64,000 nucleotides of DNA from a virus (IMGVR_UViG_3300042258_000235:25633-89632); one strand, 5' to 3'. Counted from the first letter of the stretch, positions 33,379 through 44,653 are shown. A program made the numbers and translations. Notes: generated by a model from the sequence alone, not told the origin.

Positions 33379-34461
33379 ATGAAAAATATTTATATTAATA
33401 TAAAAAAGAAATTTGACGAAAAATTTAAATCTAGATTAGAAAAAATATCACATCATAGTAAAGAAAATAACATATATTCTCCATATCATGCCGAAGATGA
33501 TGTATATTCTCATATACTATTATGTGAAAAAGAATTTTTTCTAAAATATAATAATATACAGTTATCAGAAGAACAAAAGGTCATTTTATATATTATTATT
33601 TTATGTCATGATTTAGGAAAATTACATACAAAAAATGTAGATTTACTTAAAAAGAAAGTAACATTTTATAATCATGATGCAGCAAGTACACAGGATACTT
33701 ATGAATTTATAAATGATATTAAACATTTTGATTTTAGAAATATTCATATGAATATTGATAAGATATTAAGAGTGGTTTCAAACCATATGAAATATCATTT
33801 TTGGAATAGACAAAAATGTCAAAAAATGTTTAATAATTTAATAGAATTTAAAATGTTTATATATTTAATGTATTTTGATATGAAAGGAAATATTACAGAA
33901 AGAATAATAGATTTTGATGATTTTAATTATTTTGATGATTTTGAAGAAAAAAATTATATAACTAATTCTCCTGATATTATATTAGTATGTGGTGCACCAG
34001 CATCAGGAAAAGATACATATGCAAAAAATAACTTTCCAGATTATAAAATTGTTTCTTTAGACAAAATAAGAATTGATAAATATTTAGAGCAGAATGATTT
34101 TATCAATGATCCAAATGAGTTATATCAGAGGGCTTGGGTTTGGTGTAATAAATTTAAAATAAATTTAATTAATATTCAAAATACTATTATAAAAAAATTG
34201 CTTAATAATAATGAAAAAGTGGTAGTATGTAATACTCATATTAATAAAAAATCTCGAACCTCTATTGTAAATACTTTTAAAAAATATAATATTAATTGTG
34301 TCTATTTAATTACAGATAAATCAAATTTATATAAAAGAGATATTAATAGATCGGGCAATGATAAACAAGTAGGAAATAATGTAATAAATAAATTTCTATA
34401 TAATCAATCAATCCCAACATATTTAGAGGGTTTTAATTCAATTAAAATAATAGGAAATTAA
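33379..34461 (+). CDS. HD-domain phosphohydrolase fused to a P-loop (AAA_33 / polynucleotide kinase-like) domain
   Basis: HAEDDVYSH, CHDLGK, NHM, Walker A GAPASGKD. Confidence 0.82.
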   Translation: MKNIYINIKKKFDEKFKSRLEKISHHSKENNIYSPYHAEDDVYSHILLCEKEFFLKYNNIQLSEEQKVILYIIILCHDLGKLHTKNVDLLKKKVTFYNHDAASTQDTYEFINDIKHFDFRNIHMNIDKILRVVSNHMKYHFWNRQKCQKMFNNLIEFKMFIYLMYFDMKGNITERIIDFDDFNYFDDFEEKNYITNSPDIILVCGAPASGKDTYAKNNFPDYKIVSLDKIRIDKYLEQNDFINDPNELYQRAWVWCNKFKINLINIQNTIIKKLLNNNEKVVVCNTHINKKSRTSIVNTFKKYNINCVYLITDKSNLYKRDINRSGNDKQVGNNVINKFLYNQSIPTYLEGFNSIKIIGN

Positions 34462-34631
34462 TATATGAAACAAAGAAGAGATTTTTGGGAACAAGAAGAA
34501 CAGAGATATATAGATTGTAAAAAAGCTTTAGATGAATATAAATCAGATAAAGGGAAACTAATAAATATTATTGATTTTCTAAAAATTAAAATTGATAATG
34601 TTATTAATTTTAAAAAATTAAAGGAATAAAT

Positions 34632-35186
34632 ATGAAAAAAGATATTTGAAATGAAATGAAATATAATTTTTGAGAACGAACAACAAGCCATATTTTAAAT
34701 GTTAATAAAGTTTTTAGATATTTAGATAGAGAAAAAGCGTTTTATAATTATGATAATTGGTCATGTGATTTTGATATAGATACTAGACAAGATTTATTAT
34801 ATAGAATCAATACACATGACCAATCAAAATTTAGTTCTAAAGAAATTATAGGCTATATTTATACAACTGAATTTTATGGTAAAAAATGTGGTTATGTTTT
34901 TACAAATGATGAAAAATATGAAATGGATAAAGCTTGAGAACATCATTATAAAACAAATCCTCATCACCCAGATTTTCATGATAATATAAATAATATGTCT
35001 ATTATAGATATTATTGAAATGGTTTGCGATTGGGGTGCCATGTCTCTTGAATTTAAGAGTAGTTTAATGGATTATGTTAATAATAAAGCATTTAAACAAT
35101 GAAAATGAGATAGTTTAAGAAAAAAAACTATCTTAGAATTATGTAATAAAATAGAAGAAGGATTAAATAATGACAAAATTCGCTAA
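34632..35186 (+). CDS. HD-like protein (DUF5662-type)
   Basis: HDQSKF, A-W-EHHYKTNPHH (W=TGA), EMVCDW. Confidence 0.7.
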
Positions 35187-35691
35187 TATTGTATTGCCAT
35201 TTGAACATTCTTTTATTGATTATCCATCACCAGATGGGTTATGTATTTCTATTTATTTTACAGGTTGTGATTTTTCATGTACAGGCTGTCAGAATAAAGA
35301 ACTTCAAAATGTTAATTATTTTGGATCTGAAAAAATAAATATAAAACATTTAATTAATCTTATTAATATAGATAGTAAAAGATGGAAAACAGATAAAATA
35401 TGTTTATTAGGAGGAGATCCATTATCAAATTATAATAGAGATTTTACAAGAGCACTATTAAATAAAATTGGAAAAAAATATAAAATATGTATATATACTG
35501 GATATTCTTATGATAAAACTTTATCTTTTGATATAAATAATTTTACTCTATTAAAAACAGGTCAATATAAAGAAGAATTAAAACAACAATCTATTAAAAC
35601 AGATTCACATTTTAATTTAGCATCAACTAATCAAGAATTATATGATGCTAATTTTAATTTATTATCTGAAAATGGTATTTTATATTTTTAA
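35170..35691 (+). CDS. nrdG: anaerobic RNR activase (radical SAM), copy 1
   Basis: GCDFSCTGCQN (CxxxCxxC), LLGGDP, LASTNQ. Confidence 0.88.
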   Translation: MTKFANIVLPFEHSFIDYPSPDGLCISIYFTGCDFSCTGCQNKELQNVNYFGSEKINIKHLINLINIDSKRWKTDKICLLGGDPLSNYNRDFTRALLNKIGKKYKICIYTGYSYDKTLSFDINNFTLLKTGQYKEELKQQSIKTDSHFNLASTNQELYDANFNLLSENGILYF

Positions 35692-35711
35692 TTAAATAGG
35701 AAAGAGGGGTT

Positions 35712-37604
35712 ATGTATTTCAAAGTTAGCTTTAATGAAGATTTTGATACTTTAATGATGCATTTATGAAGTAAATACGGAAGAGAAATATTTGATATAGA
35801 TGGTATTGGTAAACAATGTGATATGAATTGATTTGCACAGAATTTTTTCAACACAAATAAAACAACTGCTGATAATTCAATAGATAGTAATAGTAATGTA
35901 ACAGATAAAAGTGTTAATGTATTTAATGTCGAATTTCCAAAACCATATTTAAGATATAATTCATATTATCTTCTATGAAAAGAATTAAGAAAATTATATG
36001 GTTTAGAAAAAGCAAATACTATAATTGAAGATCAGTTAATTGGAAGGTTTTATATAAATGATTTTCACAACGTAGGCATGCCGTATTGCTATAATTTTTC
36101 CACTTATGATATAGCACTTTCTGGTTTACCTATGATAAGTAAGATATATTCTGAGCCACCAAAGCATTTATATTCTTTTAAATCACAGGTAGAGCAATTT
36201 ACTATTATAGCTGCTAATGCAACTTTAGGTGCAACTGGTTTGGCTGATTTATTGGTTGTTATGTCTCATTATATAGAGAATATTTTAATATCTGGTGCTG
36301 ATGCTCATTTTAAATTTAATTCAGAAGAAGATATTTGAACTTATGTAAAAGAAACACTTTTTTCTATGATATTTACATTTAATCAACCAACAAGAGCAAG
36401 TCAAAGTTGTTTTACTAATATTTCTTTGTTTGATGATGTGTTTTTAGAAAAATTATGTAAAGATTATGTTTTTACTAGAGGTGGTGAAACTGTAACAGCT
36501 AATAAAGATATAGTTAAAAAACTTCAAATAATTTATTGTGATGTTATGAATGAAACTTTAAGACGTACACCCTGCACGTTTCCAGTTACAACAGCTTGTT
36601 TTGCTATTGATGATAATAATGATATATTAGATAATGATTTTGTAGATTTAATTGCTGAAAAGAACCTAGAATTTGGTTTTATTAATATATTTAGTGGAAA
36701 AAGTTCAGTGTTATCAAGCTGCTGTCGTTTGAGATCTGATTCTTCTAATGAATATTTTAATAGTTTTGGTTCTGGAAGTACAAAAATAGGTTCATTGGGT
36801 GTAGTAACAATCAATCTTGCAAGAATGGCATATGAAAATGGAAATGAATCTGAATTTTTAGATAAATTAGAAAAAACCGTAAAAGATGTTGCAAGAATTA
36901 ATAATGCTAAAAGAAAAATAATCAAGAAAAGAATCGATAAAGGAGCTTTAAATCTTTATGATCATGGGTTTATGAATATAAATACACAATATTCTACATG
37001 TGGTGTAAATGGATTAAATGAGTGTTGTGAAATTCTTGGGTATGATATTTTAAATGAACGGGGACAAGAATTTGTTTTAAGAATGTTAGATGTTATTAAT
37101 AAAACTAATGATAAAATGCAAAAACAATATAATACACCACATAATTGTGAGCAAACACCCTCAGAAAATAGCTCAATAAAATTAGTACAAAAAGACAGGT
37201 ATTGTGGTTTTAAAGTTGATTATGAATTTTACTCAAATCAATTTATTCCTTTAACTAAAAATGCAGATATGCTTGATAGAATTAGATTACAAGGTAAATT
37301 TGATAAACATTTTAGTGGTGGTGCTATATGTCATTTAAATGTTGCTCATAAATTAAAAGATTTTAAAACTATTTCTGATATGATATATTCATGTGCTAAA
37401 CAGGGTGTTGTATATTGAGCTATGAATTATATTTTAAATAGATGTGGAAATAATCACATGAGTGTTGGATCAGATGAAATATGCCCTATATGTGGTGATC
37501 CTATTGTAGATAAATATCAAAGGGTTGTTGGTTTTTTAACAAATATTAAGAATTGGCATGAAGTAAGAAGAGAATCAGATTTTCCTAATAGACAATTTTA
37601 TTAA
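35712..37604 (+). CDS. nrdD: anaerobic (class III) ribonucleotide reductase
   Basis: Joined through TGAs; PYC, TFPV, SSCCRL, GSLGVVTINL, EQTPSEN, SGGAI, Zn site, glycyl-radical motif QRVVGFL; 630 aa, no ATP cone. Confidence 0.93.
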
Positions 37605-37614
37605 AAGGTGTTTT

Positions 37615-38061
37615 ATGAAAATAGCTTCCACAGAATATTCTTTACAGCAAAAAACTTTAGAAATTTATATTTCTGGTTGTAATCCACCACATTGTAAAGG
37701 ATGTCATAATTCAGAAATATGGTCTTTTGATATAGGTTCTGAGTATAATTTAGATTACTTTAATACTATTAAAGATAAAGTTGAAATATTTGATTTATTA
37801 ATAGATAATATTTGAATATTAGGTGGTGAACCATTGGATCAAAATTTAGATAAATTAGAAGATCTTTTGGTTAATTTAAAAACATTAAATAAAAAGATTT
37901 GATTGTTTACAAGATATGATATTGATAGTATAAAAAATAATATTAAAAAATCATGTGATTATATTAAATGTGGTAAATTTGATATAGAAAATTTAGTTGA
38001 TGATAATATTCAATATGGTGTACAGTTAGCAAGTAATAATCAAAAAATATATAAAATTTAA
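37615..38061 (+). CDS. nrdG: anaerobic RNR activase (radical SAM), copy 2
   Basis: GCNPPHCKGCHN, I-W-ILGGEP (W=TGA), DYIKCG, LASNNQ. Confidence 0.85.
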
Positions 38062-38077
38062 ATAAATTATATTATTA

Positions 38078-38157
38078 TGGAAGGACAGAAGGTAGCTCCT
38101 TTTGATTATCGCTCCCTCGATAATCTAACTTCCAATATAATTAAAATTCTAAGGGAG
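38078..38157 (+). ncRNA. three-way-junction / anti-SD pseudoknot RNA motif, copy B
   Basis: TGGAAG-GAC-AGAAGG/CCTTTT-GATTATCG/CGATAATC-TAA-CTTCCA; the loop CTCCCT is complementary to the SD AGGGAG at 38152-38157. Confidence 0.7.
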
Positions 38158-38164
38158 TAGAAAA

Positions 38165-39499
38165 ATGATTGATTTAAAATGCAAGATTTGTGGTAAAGAA
38201 TGTAAAAATAAAAATGGGTTATTTGTTCATTTAAGTATGAAACATAATCTTTCAACTCAAGAATATTATGATCAATTTTATTTTAAAGATGGTGATGATA
38301 TTTGTCAAATGGGTGGTTGTAATAATAAAACACAATTTAATAAACCAAAATTTAAATATAATAACACTTGTAAGAAATGTAATACTACAATCTATAGTTT
38401 AGAGCGTTTTATTTTATATAATGAAGATGAAGAATTGGGTGCTAAATTATATAATGAATACCATAAAACATTAAAGGAGTGTCATACATTACCATATTAT
38501 ATAGAAAAATATGGTGAGGAAAAAGGAACAAGACTATACAATGAAAAAAACAGACGTATTGCAAAAGGTAATACTTTAGAATGATATATTGAAACTTATG
38601 GTAAAGTGGAAGGAACTAAAAGATATTATGAGAAAATAGAAAAAAATAAAAATACTGAAGAAAATTTTATTAAACGTCATGGTTATAAAGAAGGTAAAAG
38701 AAAATATGAGGAATATTGTAAAAAATGTGGTCGAAGTGAAGAATTTTTTATAAAAAATTCTAAAAGTGACGAAGAAGGTAGAAATAAATATTATTTAATG
38801 TGTGAAAAAAGGAAAAAATCACACACAAAAGAAGAACTTATAAAAAAACATGGTGAAGAGTGATATGATAAAAGAATAGAACAGCTTAGTTATATAAACA
38901 CCTTACCATACTATATAGAAAAACATGGTAAAGAAGAAGGAACAAGACTATATAATGAAAAGAATAAAAGAATAGGAAGAGGTAACACTTTAGATTGATA
39001 TAAAGAAAACTATGAAAATAAAGAAGATGCTGTTTATTTTTATTTAAAGAAATATAAAAAATCTTTAAATAAAGCTTCAAAAGAATCCATGAATGTTTTC
39101 TGACCTTTAATTGATTGATTATTTGAAAAGAATATTTGTGAGTTTAAAGACATTTATTTAGGCATACCTGAAAGTCATGAATATTTTCTTAATGCAAAAA
39201 AACAATTAAACAGATTTTATAAATATGATTTCACAATACCAAAATTCAATATTATTATTGAATATAATGGTGAAGCTTTTCATCCAAATCCAAAGTGATT
39301 AAAAGACGCTTTTGATAAATGGAAAAATTGACAAAATCACTTTAATTTTAAATCAGCTAATGATATTTATATAGAGAATTTACAAAAATTAAATTTTGCA
39401 AGAAACAAAGGATTTACTGTTTTAGAGCTTTGAAGTTCTGATTCAGTAGAAGTTAATATCAATAAATGTAAAGAAAATATTTTACAAAATTGTAAATAA
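38165..39499 (+). CDS. putative free-standing homing endonuclease (Zn finger, helical repeats, Vsr/PD-(D/E)xK-like C-terminus)
   Basis: CKICG..HLSMKH; repeated YIEKYGEEKG units; YDFTIPKFNIIIEYNGEAFH..KGFTVLEL-W; 444 aa with TGA=Trp. Confidence 0.72.
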
Positions 39500-39566
39500 A
39501 GTTTATTTACAAAAATATAAATTTTTATTAAAATGTGTTTAATTAATAAAAATATTAAAAAAGTAG

Positions 39567-39806
39567 GCAAAAGAAATTATATTATATTCTATTGCATCTG
39601 GATGTGAACATTTTGCTTTAAATCCAATTTATTCACAATGTATTAATAATCACCTATCATTGGGTTCATTTGAAAGATGTCCTATATGTGGTGAAAAAAT
39701 TATAGAAAAATTTACTAGAGTTGTTGGGTTTTTTGTTCCTGTATCAAGTATGAATAAAACTAGAAGAGAATGAGAAATACCAAAAAGAACATTTACAACA
39801 TTTTAA
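39567..39806 (+). pseudogene. orphan 3' fragment of a second nrdD (Zn site plus glycyl-radical loop)
   Basis: No start codon (in-frame TAG at 39564); GCEHFALN..CINNH..CPICG..TRVVGFF..KR. Confidence 0.75.
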
Positions 39807-39819
39807 TTAAGGAAATATA

Positions 39820-40335
39820 ATGAAAATATTAAATAAAATAGATAATTTTTTAAATGAAGCAAATATTATACAAGAGCCAAAGTTTATTAAATCTGTAGAA
39901 AAATATATAGAAAATAATGATTGAAAAGATTTAGATTATGTTTTAAAGAATATTAATAAAATTCCTGATATGTTTAAAACAGGAGACACTTTATATAGAG
40001 GTATGGGATTTACAGAAGAACAATATGATATTTTAATAAGAGATGGTTATAAATTAGATAAACCAACATCATGAACCACTGATAAAAAAATAGCCGAGTC
40101 TTTTTTAATAGATATGAAATTTAGAACTAGAAATACTGAATCAGTTAAAAAAATAATTTTTAAAAAAGTATTTACAAAAAAAGAAATTATTATTAATATA
40201 TTTAATTACATGTTATTTACATATAATTCTGGTGCAGATATAGATGAATTAGTAATGGATTCAGTTAAAAAAGAAAAAGAAGTTTTAATTAAACCTATAC
40301 TATTAACGAAAAAAGATATTTATAGAGAATTATAA
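39820..40335 (+). CDS. R-S-E clade ADP-ribosyltransferase (Alt/Mod-like) with a KIDNFLNE leader
   Basis: TLYRG, PTS-W-TT (W=TGA), EKEVLI; 171 aa. Confidence 0.75.
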
Positions 40336-40453
40336 AAAGTAAAATTTTGTGAAACTTTTACTATTGTGAAATAAAAAATAAAATATGTGTAAATCTTCTT
40401 TTTATGTGAATTTTATAGTTGTAATAAATATATAACTAAAAGGATAATATAAT

Positions 40454-41200
40454 ATGTTACTAAATAGTAAAAGACTTGAAATTCTAAATGCTTGTAAAGA
40501 TGCAATAAAATTCTTAGAAAACAATGATCTATTACCATTAGATTTAAATAGAGTTAAAATTACAGGAGATTATGAAAACTATTATTCATGGTTTAAAAAT
40601 TTAGATATAAATAAAATAGAATTTGATAAGAATGATAATTTAATCTATCATGAAGATTCATATGGCTATTGGAAAAAACAAATTTTTGATAAGAATGATA
40701 ATTTAATCTATTTTGAAAATTCATATGGTTATTGGTACAAAAGAGAATTTGATTCCGATAATAATTTGATCTATTTTGAAAATTCAGATATCTATTGGTA
40801 CAAACAAACTTTTGATTCAGATAATAATATGATTTATTTTGAAAATTCATATGGCTATTGGAAAAAACAAATTTTTGATAAGAATAATAATCTAATCTAT
40901 CATGAAAATTCAAATAGGTCTTGGTACAAACAAGAATTTAACTCCGATAACAATTTAATCTATTATGAACAATCAGATAGTTATTGGTATAATCAAGAAT
41001 TTGATTCTAATGATAATATAATTTATAGTGAAGATTCAAATGGCTATTGGAAGAAACAAACTTTTGATTCCAATAATAATCTAATTTATCATGAAAATTC
41101 AAATGGCTATATACAGAAACAAGAATTTATAAAAACTCAAAATGAATTTATAATTATCAGAAACAATGAAGAAATTTGTAGAATAAAATTTTTAAAATAA
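40454..41200 (+). CDS. 21-aa tandem repeat protein
   Basis: About 8 copies of YWxKQxFDxNxNLIYxENSxG, also visible as 63-bp DNA repeats. Confidence 0.8.
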   Translation: MLLNSKRLEILNACKDAIKFLENNDLLPLDLNRVKITGDYENYYSWFKNLDINKIEFDKNDNLIYHEDSYGYWKKQIFDKNDNLIYFENSYGYWYKREFDSDNNLIYFENSDIYWYKQTFDSDNNMIYFENSYGYWKKQIFDKNNNLIYHENSNRSWYKQEFNSDNNLIYYEQSDSYWYNQEFDSNDNIIYSEDSNGYWKKQTFDSNNNLIYHENSNGYIQKQEFIKTQNEFIIIRNNEEICRIKFLK

Positions 41201-41212
41201 GGAGAAATAATT

Positions 41213-41569
41213 ATGAAAGATTATGTAGTTTCAAAAGAAAAAATAGCGGAAATATGTCATAATGTAAATAAAACTTTATGTGAATTTTATGGAGATCATT
41301 CTCATAAAAATTGGGATGATACACCATGTGACATTAAAAAATCAGTAATAGATGGTGTTGAATATCATTTAAGAGAGGAAGTTACACCTAAAAAATCACA
41401 TGAAAATTGGCTTAAATTTAAAATAAATGATGGGTGGGTTTATGGGTCAGAAAAAAATTATGAGAAAAAAACTCATCCAAGTATTGTATCTTATGATAAA
41501 TTACCAGAATCTGAAAAACTTAAAGATAAGATATTTAAAACTATTGTAGATACTTTTAAATATTTTTAA
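41213..41569 (+). CDS. RyR-domain protein
   Basis: HENWLKFKINDGWVYG..KTHPSIVSYDKLPESEKLKD. Confidence 0.8.
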   Translation: MKDYVVSKEKIAEICHNVNKTLCEFYGDHSHKNWDDTPCDIKKSVIDGVEYHLREEVTPKKSHENWLKFKINDGWVYGSEKNYEKKTHPSIVSYDKLPESEKLKDKIFKTIVDTFKYF

Positions 41570-41639
41570 TAAAAAAAATATTTACATATATCAATAAATA
41601 TAATATATTAAATTAATAAATTTATATAAAGGAGAAATT

Positions 41640-42587
41640 ATGAGTAAATGATTAAACAAAGATCTGTTTAAAACTTTTGAAGAAAGAGTAAAAAATGATG
41701 TGCCATCAGAAAATAATAATCCATATATTTCAAGAAAATGGACTACTGAAAAAGGTACAGCAGAAAAACCAAAAACATATGAAATAAGATTCTTACCTGA
41801 TGAAACAGTTGGCGGATATGCAAAATATTATTATCATATGTATAAATCAGGAGAAAAGTGGAAGTTTGTTATTTGTCCTAAATCAGAAGATTTAAATAAC
41901 CCATGTCCATTATGTTCAGTTGTTAATAAACTATATGAAAGAGGTACAGAAGAAGATAAAAAAGAGGCATCTAGACTAAAAAGAAAGGTGAAATATGTAA
42001 GTAATGTTTTGGTAATAGATGATCCAAGGGATTCTGAAAGAAATGAAGAAGATAAATGTAATGGAAAAGTATTTCTTTATGAATTTCCTCAAAAATTAGA
42101 ACAAAAAATTGCTGAAGAAATAAGAGATGGTAAAAACGGTCTTGGAAAAGAAGGTATATTTAGTCCTGATGAAACAGGCTATAATTTTTTTATAAAGGTA
42201 GGTTCACAATCTGGTGGTGACGGTAGTACTACATTTCCAGAATATTCAATGTCACAATTCGCAAGAAAACCTTCTCCTATTGCAGAATCAGATGCAGCAA
42301 TAGGAAAAATATTTGAAACAAGAGTTCCTCTAAAAGATTATATTAATAATCAAAAGAAATCAGTTGAAGATATTATTAAACTAGTTAAGGAAGAAATGTT
42401 ATTTCCTTTAATTGAGAAGGATTATAAAAATTTTGTTGATAAGGAAGAAAAGGAGGTGCCTGAATTATATAAAAATAAAGAAATTAAAGAAGAACCTAAA
42501 GAAGAACCTAAGAAAAAAGAAGAACCTAAACAATCAGATGCAGAAATTACAGAAGAAGATCTTCTAAAAGAATTAGAAGATCTTTAA
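41640..42587 (+). CDS. gp32: single-stranded DNA-binding protein (T4 gp32-like)
   Basis: ATG after GGAG, TGA at codon 4; IRFLP, CP..PCPLC, YVSNVLVIDDP, GKVFLY, FPEY, acidic tail. Confidence 0.9.
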
Positions 42588-42617
42588 TTAAATCTTGCCA
42601 ATAAATTTCACTGTATT

Positions 42618-42650
42618 AAAAATTCCCATATAAATAATATGGGAATTTTT
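42618..42650 (+). terminator. rho-independent terminator after gp32
   Basis: 14-bp inverted repeat AAAAATTCCCATAT/ATATGGGAATTTTT followed by a T-tract. Confidence 0.75.
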
Positions 42651-42662
42651 TTATTATTTTTT

Positions 42663-42670
42663 TATAAATA
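42663..42670 (+). promoter_or_regulatory. T4-type late promoter TATAAATA
   Basis: Exact T4 gp55 consensus upstream of the tail sheath; also at 44648, 44900, 23077(-) and 15393(-). Chance matches are likely in DNA this AT-rich. Confidence 0.5.
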
Positions 42671-42716
42671 ATAATAAAAATACTTAAAATAATAATAAAT
42701 TAAGGAGTAAAATACA

Positions 42717-44642
42717 GTGAGCTTTTCAATATCCCCGGGAGTATATTATAGAGAAATAGATAGATCTGGCTATATTCAAAGTGTAGCTACATCAATAGCA
42801 GTTAATGTATTAAGAAATACATATAAAGGTGCTGAATATGAAAAAACACTAATAACAAACAAAGATCAATTAATATCAAAATATGGTAAAGCAACAGATT
42901 CTTCATATATTGATATCTTATCTTCTATAGGCTATTTAAAATATGGCACAATGCTATATTGTACTAGAGTAATGCCAGAAGATGCAACATTTTCAGGTAT
43001 TAAAATTATAGATGGATATGATCCAGTAAATGAATCATTACCAAATTATACATTTACTGTTTCTGGTTCTGTGTCAGTAGACCAAGCAGATGGCCCTTAT
43101 GATTATGTATCTCTTGGCACAACAGATCTATCTCAATTTTCAGAAATCACAGATCAATATATGAGTGCTGATGATGTATTATGATTGATGGCAAACAGCA
43201 GAGGAGATTGAGGAAACAATATAAGAGTATTAATTTATAATAAGGATTTATATGAATCTATTAAATATTTTGATATTTCAACAGAATCATTTGATATCCC
43301 TTCTGGATTAACAATATCAGCAGAAGCAACCGCAACTGCACTCTCTATGTATACAGATTATAAAAACAATCCAGATTTTGGTTCTGTTGGATATGATGAT
43401 TCATTAGGATTTAATATTATAAGAAATAATGATACACCACTAACTTCAAAAAAACAATTAGTAATTTTAGTACAAACTAAAGAACAGGGAGATACTGCAT
43501 GAGTAAATAGAGAAAGTCATATTGTTTCATTAGATGAAACTGAGATTGACGATACTGGTAATACTTTATATGCAGAAACAGTAATAAATGAAAATTCTGA
43601 ATATCTATTATGTTCAGTTAATCCATTATTTAAAACTACAAATGATGTAGAAGGCCCAGATGTTTCTATTGGAATGACATCTTTTGAACAACTATCTGGT
43701 GGTAAAAATGGATTATTTGGAAGACATTCTGATATTTCTACATCTGAAGCAGAAAATGCCGCATGTATATCTGCATATGAATTATATTCAAATGCAGAAG
43801 AAATAGATGTAAATATATTTATAGATTCAGGAAAAAATGTAGAAGTAAAACAGAAATTAATTGAAATATCAGAAGTAACAAGAAAAGATTGCTTTGCTAT
43901 ACTTGATGTTTTAAAATCCCACGTTATTAATAATAGAGGGTCTGAAGCTCTCGATATGACAGTATGAAGAAAGGGTCAAAAGGGTTCAACATTTAATCCT
44001 AATACTTCATATGCAGCTTTATATGGTAATTGATTAGAAGTTTTTGACCAAGATAATAAAAAATATAGATGAATACCTGCTAGTGGATATATGGCAGGTC
44101 TATATGCAAATACAGATCAAGTTGCTGATGCATGATGAGCACCTGCTGGTTTAAATAGAGCAATTTTAACTGGCGTTAGAAGATTAGCTTTTAATCCTAC
44201 GGAGGGTGAAAGAGATTTACTTTATTTAAATGGAATAAATCCTATTTGTTCTTTTGCTGGTCAAGGCAAGGTTGTTTGAGGACAAAAAACACTATTAGAT
44301 AAAGCATCAGCTTTCAATAGAGTAAATGTAAGAAGATTATTTCTTGTACTCGAAAAATCAATTTCAAAGAGTGCAAAATACTATGTTTTTGAACAAAATG
44401 ATGAAATTACATGATTAGGTATGTCTAATATGATAAACCCATTTTTAAGAGATGTAAAATCTAAACGTGGAATTTACGATTATAGAGTTGTAATAGATGA
44501 AACTGTAAATACCCCTGCTGTAATTGATAGAAATGAATTAATTGGCGACATATACATAAAACCAACTAAATCTGCAGACTTTATAAGACTTAATTTTATC
44601 GCAACTGCAACAGGTGCAGATTTTAATGAGTTAATAGGATAA
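42717..44642 (+). CDS. gp18: tail sheath protein (gp18)
   Basis: SPGVYYREID; A-W-W-APAGLNR and VV-W-GQKT with TGA; RVNVRRLF, IYIKPTKS. Confidence 0.95.
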
Positions 44643-44653
44643 ACAATTATAAA

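Noticed and set aside
40600..41130. CRISPR array or DGR template/variable repeats
   Set aside because: The repeats are contiguous in-frame coding units without spacers; no cas or reverse transcriptase gene, and no adenine-specific mismatch pattern noticed
42480..42530. AAAGAAGAACCT repeats
   Set aside because: Low-complexity KEEP linker in the gp32 acidic tail
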